Of a stretch of DNA of 64,000 bases, positions 38,589-47,327 are shown in pieces. Source of the DNA: a virus (taxonomy: Duplodnaviria; Caudoviricetes). Location: positions 1 through 64,000 of the IMG/VR virus record IMGVR_UViG_2974621193_000001. The stretch is one strand, 5' to 3'. The notes below the pieces were generated by a model. The model saw only the letters and a list, made by a program, of their open reading frames with translations. It did no database searches and was not told where the DNA came from. The position numbers were made by a program, and so were the translations under genes. Numbering within the stretch: the stretch's first letter is position 1; every line of letters begins with the position of its first letter.

Positions 38589-38602
38589 CCGAGAACAAAG
38601 CT

Positions 38603-38641
38603 CCAAACGCGGATCAGGTCCCCTCCCTGATCCGCGTTTGG
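38603..38641 (+). terminator. Intergenic stem-loop after holin
   Basis: Perfect 16-bp inverted repeat CCAAACGCGGATCAGG/CCTGATCCGCGTTTGG. Confidence 0.6.
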
Positions 38642-38665
38642 TCTATATACAGCTAGGACAAAGAC

Positions 38666-38989
38666 ATGATTGTCTATCACAGAAACAACTACAAGCCGGA
38701 CTCGTACCCCGAGACCGAGCACCACGTTCGCCAGCACATCTCCTCGGTTGCCAGTCCCTCGGATGATCCCACAGAGTTCTATGACCAGGTCGAGATCGAG
38801 ACGAGTGAGATCGACGGTGGCGGCATTCGTGTGTTCGGGCAGCTCGACCGCGATCCCGGCTGCGAGTACACGGTCCCCGAGGACTTCGAGATGCCCGACG
38901 AGTCGCAGTACCAACAGGGCTTCGGTGTCCGCGAGATGACCCCTGAGGAACTGGAGCAGCACCTGATCGAGAAGGAGAACCGCAAGTGA
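38666..38989 (+). CDS. Acidic hypothetical protein (107 aa)
   Basis: SD AGGA; stop overlaps lysin start. Confidence 0.7.
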   Translation: MIVYHRNNYKPDSYPETEHHVRQHISSVASPSDDPTEFYDQVEIETSEIDGGGIRVFGQLDRDPGCEYTVPEDFEMPDESQYQQGFGVREMTPEELEQHLIEKENRK

Positions 38990-39618
38990 ACGGTGTCGCA
39001 GTCATCGGCGCTATCGCTCGCCGGTTCACTCAGCTCGGCGGTCGCGCAGTCTACACCAGGGGATGGGAGACTCGAGGTAACGGACAGTCCCCTGACTACG
39101 GCGGCTTGCTCATCCACCACACTGCCGGAGGTCGCAATGTCAACATCGACCAGATCCTCATCAGCGGACGCTGGGACCTCGCTGGCCCGCTTTGTAACGT
39201 CTGTATCATGTATGACGGCGACCTTGGCGTCATCGCTGCGAACCCTGCGAACCACGCTGGCGCAAGCGGCGGCTGGGACACTGCGCCGTTTGAGAGAACA
39301 GGTCTCTTCAACAAGCGGATCATCGGCTGTGAGGTTCAGTACCCCGGCGTCGAGCCGATGGCGAACGTTCAGTACGAGTCCTGCAAGCGTCTCGCTATTG
39401 CCACGATGGAAGTGCTCGGTCGACCCGGCCAGTTCGAGCGGGTGAAGTTCCACCAGGGAACTTCGATCGAGGGCAAGTGGGACCCCGGCTACGCCAACGG
39501 CAAGACCTACGGCATCTCGCAGTTCCGCAAGGACTGCCGTGGTATGCCGCAGGGTGAGGACGAGAACAGCGCCGACTGGCTCGACAACTATCGCCAGCTG
39601 TTTGGGTACCCAGAATGA
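38986..39618 (+). CDS. lysA: Lysin A part 1, N-acetylmuramoyl-L-alanine amidase (amidase_2)
   Basis: RGWETRG, IHHTAG, NHAG, IGCEV, H...K.DP zinc amidase motifs. Confidence 0.9.
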   Translation: MNGVAVIGAIARRFTQLGGRAVYTRGWETRGNGQSPDYGGLLIHHTAGGRNVNIDQILISGRWDLAGPLCNVCIMYDGDLGVIAANPANHAGASGGWDTAPFERTGLFNKRIIGCEVQYPGVEPMANVQYESCKRLAIATMEVLGRPGQFERVKFHQGTSIEGKWDPGYANGKTYGISQFRKDCRGMPQGEDENSADWLDNYRQLFGYPE

Positions 39619-40445
39619 CCACGCGCTACCACCCCCTGAAGAAAGGGTACGTGGTTACCAGCCCGTTCGGGTGGCGAGCATTCGACAATGCGGTGCATCA
39701 AGGCATCGACTTCGGAGCCTCTAACGGTACCGCCGCCGGATGGGACGTGTTCGCCATACAGGCTGGCACCGTGTTGTATTCCGGTGCAGCGATCGGCTAT
39801 GGTGGGCCGGACCCTGCCGGGTGGATCGTGATTGATTCCGACGACTCACAGGGTTCAGGTGTGTTCGAGTACGGGCACATCGTGCGTGAGGGCTGGGTCA
39901 GGCCAGGAGCCAAGGTCGCTGCCGGTCAGAAGATCGGGCGTGTCAATGGAGTACGCGCAACCAACGGTGGAGTCGACCCTCACCTGCATGTCTCGTACAT
40001 GCCCTACGAGTACAACTCGAACAAGAAGAAGGACTTCGCGCCGCTCTTGCGGGAAGCGAAGTACGTGGGCGATGCGCCTGCACCGACCCCTGCGCCGGTG
40101 CCCAATCAAGGAGGAACTGTGAGTCACGCATCCGATGTACGCATCCAGCTGAGGGGACCAGGCGACAACGGCTGGGCAGCGCTCGCGCCACAGCCCGACG
40201 AGAAGGGCAACCGCTTCAGCATCTTCAAGGGCAAGAACGTCACCGCCCAGACGGTGGTCGAGGGTCTCGCGACCGTGATCTTCGAGCTCACCTACCGCCT
40301 GCCCAATGCGGGACGGGGCTTCGAGAACTACCGCTCGCGCAAGGGAGACACCGTCCTCGGCCTGGCTGGAAACGCAGCCGCCATCGCCGCTGAGAACCAG
40401 GAACTCCTGCGGGACATCCAGCGCAAGCTCGACGCACAGGCGTAA
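39615..40445 (+). CDS. lysA: Lysin A part 2, M23 peptidase with C-terminal domain
   Basis: HQGIDFG, GYGGPDPAGWIVID, EYGH, PHLH motifs. Confidence 0.9.
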   Translation: MTTRYHPLKKGYVVTSPFGWRAFDNAVHQGIDFGASNGTAAGWDVFAIQAGTVLYSGAAIGYGGPDPAGWIVIDSDDSQGSGVFEYGHIVREGWVRPGAKVAAGQKIGRVNGVRATNGGVDPHLHVSYMPYEYNSNKKKDFAPLLREAKYVGDAPAPTPAPVPNQGGTVSHASDVRIQLRGPGDNGWAALAPQPDEKGNRFSIFKGKNVTAQTVVEGLATVIFELTYRLPNAGRGFENYRSRKGDTVLGLAGNAAAIAAENQELLRDIQRKLDAQA

Positions 40446-40448
40446 CTC

Positions 40449-40895
40449 GTGGCCAGGGGTTTTGGTCCATTCAAGAAAGCCCCGCAGGCGCCCGACAAGA
40501 TCGAGGCGCTGCGGGGCTTTCTCGCAATCGAAGCGTACGCTCTGTCTTTGTTTGCAGCCTACTACGGCATACTGACATACAGGTTCGGCGATAGCCTGTG
40601 GCCTCCCAACAGGAGTGCTTTGAATGTTCCGTGGGCACCAGAGTCCTGGGGTACTGCGGTAATCATCATCGCTGTGCTTACCATGATAGCCTCCTCGCGG
40701 AGGTTGAAGTGGTCTAAGTACGTGTCATGGACAATGAGAACGATGTGTCTGGTATGGGGAACCTTCTCTATCACGTTCTTCGTTGACATCACGAACGGCG
40801 CGCCGCCAACCGCTTACCCGCCAATGGGAACGTACCTCCTCCTGGCGGTGGTGTGCGCAAACAGAGCTAGCCTGGAGGATCAATGGAGAGAATGA
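40449..40895 (+). CDS. Multi-pass membrane protein
   Basis: About 4 hydrophobic helices; lysis region. Confidence 0.75.
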   Translation: MARGFGPFKKAPQAPDKIEALRGFLAIEAYALSLFAAYYGILTYRFGDSLWPPNRSALNVPWAPESWGTAVIIIAVLTMIASSRRLKWSKYVSWTMRTMCLVWGTFSITFFVDITNGAPPTAYPPMGTYLLLAVVCANRASLEDQWRE

Positions 40896-41434
40896 AGCGC
40901 GCCATACGTGCTGGCGCAGGTGCATTTCGCAAGTCATTACGAGCTGTATTTGGTCACACGAGGATCGTTGCTTCAGGCTCATACCCGCTGTACAGACTCA
41001 TCTGTCTGCTGGGGATTGTATCAGCTGTGCTCACGTTCGCATACAGGTCGTGGCCAGCATCGTTTACAGAAACAACCGACGGCAATATGGCTGCGGGAAT
41101 CTTGTTCTCTACGATGCAGCTAGTTGGCTGTATCGCGGTTCTTGTGGGCATGTACTTCCATGCGGACTCTGACCCGCTGCCCTCGAAGGTTCAGACATCA
41201 CTGGCAATCGAGCGGTTTGGGACTTGGCTTCTGATTCCAGTGATCGCGGTGTACACATACGGAGTTATCAAGTCGAACGGCGGACCGCCAACTACCTGGG
41301 CGACGCTAGCCTTGTTTGCCTTCGGTATTTACCTGGTGCTCCGGTCAATCGAGATCAAGGGAGCACTCGAGGAGGTGCAGCGTCCGATTGAGGAATGCCA
41401 GGGACACGACTGCAAGGAGCTGAGGAGTGAATGA
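40892..41434 (+). CDS. Multi-pass membrane protein
   Basis: About 4 hydrophobic helices; ATGA overlap. Confidence 0.75.
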   Translation: MKRAIRAGAGAFRKSLRAVFGHTRIVASGSYPLYRLICLLGIVSAVLTFAYRSWPASFTETTDGNMAAGILFSTMQLVGCIAVLVGMYFHADSDPLPSKVQTSLAIERFGTWLLIPVIAVYTYGVIKSNGGPPTTWATLALFAFGIYLVLRSIEIKGALEEVQRPIEECQGHDCKELRSE

Positions 41435-41759
41435 CATCATCACTTTGCTGCTTGGCGGGGGGCTTGCCGCGAGTGTCATCGAAGCAATCAAGTTCGTTAC
41501 AACACGCCGACAGGTAAAGCGCAAGGATGAAGCCGCATCCCAGAACGAGGAAGCCTCAGCTCAGGCAACCATCGGTGGGGCGTGGAAAGATCTTTGGCAG
41601 ACCAACGATCAGTGGAATCAGAAGATCAACGATCTACTGAACAAGGAAAGGGAGAAGGGCGAGCTGTACGTGGACATCATCCAAGATGCAGCCGACCTTC
41701 TCCCTCCCGAGGAAGCTGATCCGATTCTCGACCGCATGTACGCGGTGCGTCGGACCTAG
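41427..41759 (+). CDS. Membrane-anchored coiled-coil protein (lysis accessory)
   Basis: N-terminal LLLGGGLAASVI anchor then coiled coil. Confidence 0.7.
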   Translation: MNDIITLLLGGGLAASVIEAIKFVTTRRQVKRKDEAASQNEEASAQATIGGAWKDLWQTNDQWNQKINDLLNKEREKGELYVDIIQDAADLLPPEEADPILDRMYAVRRT

Positions 41760-41995
41760 TATTCAGAGTCCATACGATGGCGAGGCCGGGGGGTCTCGTC
41801 TCGCACAAGCGGGCCACGGCGGCTGAAGTCGTGGCCCGCTTCCTCTGTGCAGGGCTTTTCGGTACCTTCGAGGTGTCCGCAATAGCTGCAATACTTCTTC
41901 ATAACTGTCACCCCCAATACCTTGTTGAGGAACCATCCCAGTGTAAACATGCCTCCGATGATGCAGGCGTACAGGATGAATGCATACCAGTTCAT
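41756..41995 (-). CDS. Small membrane protein with CxxC motif (79 aa)
   Basis: Hydrophobic N-terminus; follows exonuclease stop. Confidence 0.55.
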   Translation of the reverse strand: MNWYAFILYACIIGGMFTLGWFLNKVLGVTVMKKYCSYCGHLEGTEKPCTEEAGHDFSRRGPLVRDETPRPRHRMDSEY

Positions 41996-41997
41996 TA

Positions 41998-43200
41998 CTA
42001 CTCCTTGATGAGCCGCTTCACAACCTTGGGCTTCGGCTCGCCGATACTCTCCTGGACGGACGACCGAAGCCTTGACTTCTGGGCTGCATTCAGGGCGTTC
42101 CCGTTCAGGAGCTTGTCGATTTCACTGTTGTTGATCTTGCCGAGTGATGCGAAGAGGTTGTCGCCGATGATCTCCCGTACCGTAGCGGGGTCATAAGACT
42201 TCCTGCGGGACGACTTGAACGTGACATGGAAGTCGTCAGTGTCGTACTCGATCTCATCTGAAGCCATAGCATCTTCAAGCAACTTCTCCATCACTTCTTC
42301 CATCGCATACTTGATAGCCTTCTGCGCACCCTCGAGTTCAGAGTAACGCTTCGCCATCTCGTTTCGATCGCCAGCCAGGGCCATGACGCCGCCCGCTTGA
42401 ACATTCTTCACGAGCGTCGGGCACGTAGCTTTCACTACGCAGAACTGGCATTCGGAGTTGAGCGTGCGCTTGCCGGGGGCTGGCTCGGCAATGATACGCT
42501 CGGCAACCTTGCGAACGTACTTCCAGGTGGCTACGTTGTCATCTCGGGTGAACTTCACCTCGACCGGATCGTACCGGAGCTGATCGAAGCACACCCAAAT
42601 CTCGTCCGCGTTGAGCTCGAACCCAAGCTCCTTGGCGATCTCCGCCTTGGCCAGCATGATCGCCAGTCCGTACAGTCGACCCTGCGCCTTCTGTCGCAGT
42701 GCCTGCGGAGTGAGGTGCTGGCGCCAGGTCTTGTAGTCCACGACGCGGACGATAGTCTTGCCGTCCTCTTCGAACATGTCGAGCCGGTCGAAGATGAAGG
42801 TGTACGGAACCTCGCCGATAGAGGTCTTGATGGTCACCCGAATCTTGCGCTCGACCATGAGCACCTGCACCTTATCGAGATCGGTGCGCCCAAACCAGCG
42901 TTCGAGCATGTCGATGCCGTCGTTGTACAGATCATCCTTGGTGTCTGGAATGCGCATGAACTGCTTCATAAACTCTTGCTTGAAATAAGCAACGAGTACA
43001 TTCCAGTCCATGTCTCGGGTCTTGTCCAGGTAAACTTCCTGAACGATACGCTCTAGAGCGTCATGCACGGCGGTACCCAGCTTAGCTGGCTCCGAGCTAC
43101 CTCCTGGACTCGGCGTGCGCTCGACCATCTCGGCGTGGTATCGAAAGGTACAACCCTCGAACACCTGGATGGACGATGCCGAGATGGTTCTGAGTTCCAC
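41998..43200 (-). CDS. Cas4/RecB-like PD-(D/E)xK exonuclease
   Basis: ISASS...C, GTAVH, FDRLD, VVDYKT, Q..LY, CQFC...CP; GTG start overlapping WhiB stop. Confidence 0.9.
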   Translation of the reverse strand: MELRTISASSIQVFEGCTFRYHAEMVERTPSPGGSSEPAKLGTAVHDALERIVQEVYLDKTRDMDWNVLVAYFKQEFMKQFMRIPDTKDDLYNDGIDMLERWFGRTDLDKVQVLMVERKIRVTIKTSIGEVPYTFIFDRLDMFEEDGKTIVRVVDYKTWRQHLTPQALRQKAQGRLYGLAIMLAKAEIAKELGFELNADEIWVCFDQLRYDPVEVKFTRDDNVATWKYVRKVAERIIAEPAPGKRTLNSECQFCVVKATCPTLVKNVQAGGVMALAGDRNEMAKRYSELEGAQKAIKYAMEEVMEKLLEDAMASDEIEYDTDDFHVTFKSSRRKSYDPATVREIIGDNLFASLGKINNSEIDKLLNGNALNAAQKSRLRSSVQESIGEPKPKVVKRLIKE

Positions 43201-43613
43201 TACTTGCTTCCCCTCTTCGTTGTTATGCCGCCCCAAATACCGTCGGTCGAACCAGTGCGCTCGCGATAGTCAAGGCACTCGAGTCTTACTGGGCAGCTCA
43301 TGCATATCTTCTTCGCACGGTTGGCGCGGGCGGCTTGGCCCCGGCCAGGGAAGAAGGCGTCAGGATCGTGATACCCTACACAGAGGGCGCGGCGGGTCCA
43401 CTCTTCGGGGGCGAGACTGAAGGAGGCTTCGGGGGCGTCGGCGCCTGGGTCTCCGTACTCTTCTCCTTCTCCGCAGTCGCAAGGCTCTCCGGTTCGGTCG
43501 GGTCGAAGAGCGAGGGCTGCGCAGATTCCGTTGCACCTAAAGGGCGGCGCCCCCCGGACATCTCGAGCTCGAAAGCCGTCGTCGGCTCTTCGCCATCGAG
43601 CAGTTCGTCGGCG
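43200..43613 (-). CDS. whiB: WhiB-family transcription factor (no in-frame ATG/GTG/TTG; 5' end uncertain)
   Basis: Manual translation: EWTRRALCVGYHDPDAFFPGRGQAARANRAKKICMSCPVRLECLDYRERTGSTDGIWGGITTKRGSK-stop; frame open from TGA at 43614-43616. Confidence 0.85.
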   Translation of the reverse strand, partial: RRRTARWRRADDGFRARDVRGAPPFRCNGICAALALRPDRTGEPCDCGEGEEYGDPGADAPEASFSLAPEEWTRRALCVGYHDPDAFFPGRGQAARANRAKKICMSCPVRLECLDYRERTGSTDGIWGGITTKRGSK

Positions 43614-43798
43614 TCAGCTTGCGCATCAGCCTTGGCCTTCTGCTCCGACTGGAATGCCGTCTGCTGGAGGTGCTGCTCGAAGGCGGTCTGTGTCGGGGCT
43701 TTGGCTCGGAAGTCTTGGAACCCTTCCTGATCCATGCCACCGCGTACCGGGTGCAACTCGTTGGGACCAGCGGGCATTTTGAACTGCGGTTCAGTCAC
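43376..43798 (-). CDS. Hypothetical disordered protein (140 aa) with QPSLF motif; possible N-terminus of a WhiB fusion
   Basis: GTG with SD AAGGAG downstream of promoter; overlaps WhiB frame. Confidence 0.6.
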   Translation of the reverse strand: MTEPQFKMPAGPNELHPVRGGMDQEGFQDFRAKAPTQTAFEQHLQQTAFQSEQKAKADAQADADELLDGEEPTTAFELEMSGGRRPLGATESAQPSLFDPTEPESLATAEKEKSTETQAPTPPKPPSVSPPKSGPAAPSV

Positions 43799-43841
43799 TG
43801 CGTTCTCCTTGTAGGTGGTGCTAGGCGTGTTCCGATACGTT

Positions 43842-43870
43842 AGCATACCGCACGGGAATCAACCCGCGAA
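43842..43870 (-). promoter_or_regulatory. Putative SigA-type promoter
   Basis: TTCGCG-17-TATGCT. Confidence 0.5.
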
Positions 43871-43990
43871 TGCGGCGCGGCGCTCCACGATGTCCCAGAA
43901 ATACTCTTGCATGAAGGCGGTGACCATGATCTTGGCCCGCCTCTCCGGCGAGGTCCACCAGTGCTGCTTGTGCTTGTGTCGTCTGAACAT
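43859..43990 (-). CDS. Hypothetical protein (43 aa)
   Basis: TAATG overlap with upstream stop. Confidence 0.5.
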   Translation of the reverse strand: MFRRHKHKQHWWTSPERRAKIMVTAFMQEYFWDIVERRAAFAG

Positions 43991-44370
43991 TACTTCGCTT
44001 TCGATACGCCCGACGGCCCCTTTGGGGGGCGACGGTTTGGCCCTGGGGGAGGGTTGTGTGTGGGGAACTTGAACAAGGTGAAGCGTCCGTTGATATTGAT
44101 ATTGCGACTGTTCATGTACTTCTTGCGCAGTCGCCTGGCCTTGCGACGATCTCGCCAGGTCATCTCCGACTCGTGCCACCATTCGCCCTTGGCGATGAAC
44201 ACTGACCCGCACTCGGGGCACAGCCAGAACGAATCACGCGGAGCCTTGGGCTCAAAGAACGGGTGCCACAGTCCGAACTCGTCTTCAGCTTTGTCGCCCC
44301 ACGTTGGCGGCTTGCAGTTCTCGCCTGGGTAGCGCTCTACCTTCTTTTCGGGTGACCATACGATAGGCAT
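43990..44370 (-). CDS. Hypothetical protein with CPEC motif (126 aa)
   Basis: ATG 44370; C-terminal part of track ORF. Confidence 0.6.
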   Translation of the reverse strand: MPIVWSPEKKVERYPGENCKPPTWGDKAEDEFGLWHPFFEPKAPRDSFWLCPECGSVFIAKGEWWHESEMTWRDRRKARRLRKKYMNSRNININGRFTLFKFPTHNPPPGPNRRPPKGPSGVSKAK

Positions 44371-44372
44371 GA

Positions 44373-44468
44373 TTACTTCCAAGCGGAGACAGCCAGGCCC
44401 ACGCAGATAGCTGCGACGAGCATCAGCACACTCAGCTTGAGGACCACGCCCCATGTCAACCAGTCCAT
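44373..44468 (-). CDS. Small membrane protein (31 aa)
   Basis: SD GGAGG; single hydrophobic helix. Confidence 0.55.
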   Translation of the reverse strand: MDWLTWGVVLKLSVLMLVAAICVGLAVSAWK

Positions 44469-44602
44469 TACAACCTCCCCATCTTTCGTAGTCGTTCGAT
44501 CTCGAACACGCCGAGCTGTCGCCAGCCCGACATGCGCTTCCAGTGGGAGCCGCAGACGGGGCACTCAACTACAGTGCCCTCGTCCTCGGTCTCCCGTGCC
44601 AT
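44468..44602 (-). CDS. Small CPVC-motif protein (44 aa), not in ORF track
   Basis: Manual translation MARETEDEGTVVECPVCGSHW...; TAATG overlap. Confidence 0.5.
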   Translation of the reverse strand: MARETEDEGTVVECPVCGSHWKRMSGWRQLGVFEIERLRKMGRL

Positions 44603-44621
44603 GACTACTTCATCACAGCAC

Positions 44622-45344
44622 TTACGTGTAGTCGGCGAACATGTCATCGCCTTCTTCCTCCAGCTTCCGTGCGGACTCGAGGAAGTTGCGCTCGTCTAGC
44701 TCGATCGCAACGGCATTGCGACCACAGTTGCGAGCGGCTCGCACGAGGCTTCCAGACCCTCCGAATGGGTCCACCAGGAACCCGCCCTCCTGGGTGGAGT
44801 GCTTGATAAGAGTCTCCAGCAGAGCCGGTGGCTTCTCGTGCGGATGAATGAGCTCATTCGGCCGGAGCTGCGAGAAATGCAGTACACCGTTGCGCCGCTT
44901 GGCGTAGCGAGGCGCACGACCCTTCTTGAAGAAGATGATGAACTCGTGACCCTGTCCCCATGATTCCAGATCGCCCATTCCAGGACCATCCTTCTCCCAT
45001 ACCAGGACAGCCTTGCGAACGAAGCCGAACTGCGCACAGAACTCATCGAGCATGACCAGCCAGTCCGAGAGAACCTGGTACGCAGTGAAGACGTAGAGGT
45101 CGCAGTCTGGCTTGGTCTTGGTGAGCAGGACGGACATGACCTCCTTGAACACCTTGATTGCAACCTCGGGGGACTCGTCATTGGCGATCTTCCGTGCATA
45201 CTTCTTGCCGCCCTCCGTGACGGCCATGTTGGAGAGGTTGTCGACTCCGAATGGAGGGTCGGTGATGATGCAATCGACCGACCCTTCCTTGAAGCGCTGG
45301 CACATCTCGACGGAATCGCCATGCCAGATCTGATGAATCTTCAT
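44622..45344 (-). CDS. DNA methyltransferase, beta class (m6A/m4C)
   Basis: Motif IV TDPPF before HPHEKP and motif I DPFGGSGS. Confidence 0.92.
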   Translation of the reverse strand: MKIHQIWHGDSVEMCQRFKEGSVDCIITDPPFGVDNLSNMAVTEGGKKYARKIANDESPEVAIKVFKEVMSVLLTKTKPDCDLYVFTAYQVLSDWLVMLDEFCAQFGFVRKAVLVWEKDGPGMGDLESWGQGHEFIIFFKKGRAPRYAKRRNGVLHFSQLRPNELIHPHEKPPALLETLIKHSTQEGGFLVDPFGGSGSLVRAARNCGRNAVAIELDERNFLESARKLEEEGDDMFADYT

Positions 45345-45435
45345 ATCACCTTCTCGCTGTGAGTAATAAGTGCCGGCCTTGCCCCTACCGGCTCGCGTGC
45401 ACCCTTATGTTCCACTTTGCACACCGCCCCACGTG

Positions 45436-45714
45436 TCAGTCGTCGATCTCGATCTCTTCGTCCTCTTCGATCTCGAGCCCTTCGAGCTTGACGAGCTGGA
45501 TCATGCCGCCGAACTGCTCGGTGAGGGGCTCGAAGACCTCGGGGTCCAGGTTCTCGATGAAGTCCTCGACGGTCGAGGTGGCGACCTCGACCTTCTGATC
45601 AGTGGTCAGCTCGTCGGTGTCCTCGATGTCGTTCTCGGTCATGACATCTTCGAGGAAGTCATCGTCGAGAACGACGGCACCGTCAGCGACCTCGATTTTG
45701 ATGGTCAGAATCAT
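45436..45714 (-). CDS. Very acidic small protein (92 aa)
   Basis: SD GGAGG; about one third D/E. Confidence 0.75.
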   Translation of the reverse strand: MILTIKIEVADGAVVLDDDFLEDVMTENDIEDTDELTTDQKVEVATSTVEDFIENLDPEVFEPLTEQFGGMIQLVKLEGLEIEEDEEIEIDD

Positions 45715-45715
45715 T

Positions 45716-45943
45716 TCAGTTACCTCCTGTGTTGGTTGCGATCTCTTCGATTGATGAGACCTTGACGGTGACATCGCCACCGAAGTTGTAGATGACATCT
45801 TCGAGCGCGACCTCGCCGGCCTCGAACATGTCCAGGTCGTACTGGACCGCCTGCTCCAGCGTGGTGACGGGCTGGTCGGCGCACTTGTAGTGATCGAGGT
45901 CGATCTTGGGCTCGTCGATCTCGATGGTCAGGTTGATCTTCAC
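45716..45943 (-). CDS. Acidic small protein (75 aa)
   Basis: Overlaps upstream stop; SD GAGGAG. Confidence 0.7.
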   Translation of the reverse strand: MKINLTIEIDEPKIDLDHYKCADQPVTTLEQAVQYDLDMFEAGEVALEDVIYNFGGDVTVKVSSIEEIATNTGGN

Positions 45944-46797
45944 TAGGACTCCTCGGGTTCCTGTGCCTGGAGCTTGCTCCAGATGTCAGCGGCGATCCAC
46001 TCGGGAACAGTCTTCTTCCCGATCTTGTACTTACCGTACGAGGTGTGGACGTTGCTGGTGATGTAGTTGATCCCCCGATCAACGGTTCGCCTGAACTTCG
46101 ACCTGAAGCGCAGGAGTCCCCCCAGTCCCCGGTATCCGTACTCGTCGCGTATCTTCTTCTGGAAGCTCGCGCTGTTGAGTACGGCCAATGAGTATCCGAT
46201 CCAGCCCCGAACGTCACCAACCCAGAACTTGTTGGTGAACACACTGATCTCCTGGAACAGATCAGTGCCCGGATCGGAGCTGGCGATGATGTCGCCGGGT
46301 GCGCAGAACTGATACACCCGATTGTGTGCCCAGCGAAAGTCTCCGCGCGGCCCGGTGATACCCTGTCCGCCAGGATCGGTGCCGATGATCTGATTGTGAT
46401 TGCGGCGCGGGTCGGAGATTCCGTAGTAAGCGACGATGTCGAATGCAGTCAAGTCCATGTCGTCACCAAGTACCCACTCCATGAACACGTCGCCAGCGAT
46501 CGTCGCTCCCTGTGAGTACCCGACAAGGAAGATCGGCGCGCCCGGCGGCACCGCCTTGAGCATAGACCTGAGGTTGCGCCTTCCCTTGGCAACCGACGAT
46601 TCGTAGCTCGCCTTGTCCCCATAGCCCGAGGTGTATGGCACCGACCAGTGGGTGATGTGCCAGTCATGCCTGATGCTTGCAAGCAGCTCTCCGAGCTCGC
46701 GATGAACCAGGGCGGTCATCCCGGTGGGCGGCAGCGGGTTGGGAGAGTCCTTGGTCTCCCAGGTGCCGGGCACCGAGATTATGTAGGCCTCCCTCAT
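45943..46797 (-). CDS. lysB: Cutinase-like serine esterase (lysin B-like)
   Basis: GYSQG nucleophile elbow, GISDPRR, FCAPGDIIA, terminal HTSY. Confidence 0.85.
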   Translation of the reverse strand: MREAYIISVPGTWETKDSPNPLPPTGMTALVHRELGELLASIRHDWHITHWSVPYTSGYGDKASYESSVAKGRRNLRSMLKAVPPGAPIFLVGYSQGATIAGDVFMEWVLGDDMDLTAFDIVAYYGISDPRRNHNQIIGTDPGGQGITGPRGDFRWAHNRVYQFCAPGDIIASSDPGTDLFQEISVFTNKFWVGDVRGWIGYSLAVLNSASFQKKIRDEYGYRGLGGLLRFRSKFRRTVDRGINYITSNVHTSYGKYKIGKKTVPEWIAADIWSKLQAQEPEES

Positions 46798-47315
46798 GCG
46801 ATCTTCCCATGCTTGTACGGCCTCGTCTGATTGTAGCGCATCTTGTAGATGACCGCCTCGGCGAGGGAAGCGTTCACCCCGTCGCGCTGCATCTCCTCGG
46901 CCGAGTCACCGAGGCGGATGATGATGTCCGCGAACTCGGCGAAGATTCCCTCGGCCTTGCGGATCGAGCCGTCGGAGTTGTAGGGATCGGGGTGATGGCC
47001 TGAGCCCTTGTTGGGATCACCGATCTTGTCGTTGAACCACAGTGGCGGTTGGTTCTCGCGCCAGCATTCCAGCGCCTCGCTTGCTTCCGAGTGCAGCAGC
47101 GCGGTGACTAGGCCGAAGTTGCGTGGGCCTCCGTCCTCCTCGTGGAAGCCGTGCGCGTCGGTGATCGTCCAGCAGGCTGCTTGGATCAGGTCCAGGGCGG
47201 TGGCGATGAGGGTCTCGCCCTCGGTGGTCAGCTGACCTGTCTGCGGGTTGTACAGATGGTCGACCGGCTGACCTGCCAAGAACGCTTCGGCCTGATCCGG
47301 GGTGGGGTAAGTCAC
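46794..47315 (-). CDS. mazG: MazG-like nucleotide pyrophosphohydrolase
   Basis: LLHSEASEALE, EFADIIIR, KMRYNQTRPYKHGK. Confidence 0.9.
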   Translation of the reverse strand: MTYPTPDQAEAFLAGQPVDHLYNPQTGQLTTEGETLIATALDLIQAACWTITDAHGFHEEDGGPRNFGLVTALLHSEASEALECWRENQPPLWFNDKIGDPNKGSGHHPDPYNSDGSIRKAEGIFAEFADIIIRLGDSAEEMQRDGVNASLAEAVIYKMRYNQTRPYKHGKIA

Positions 47316-47327
47316 TTGGGTCTCCTT

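Noticed and set aside
41998-43200. Cas4-like gene as part of a CRISPR system
   Set aside because: No array or other cas genes; solo Cas4-like exonucleases are common in actinophages
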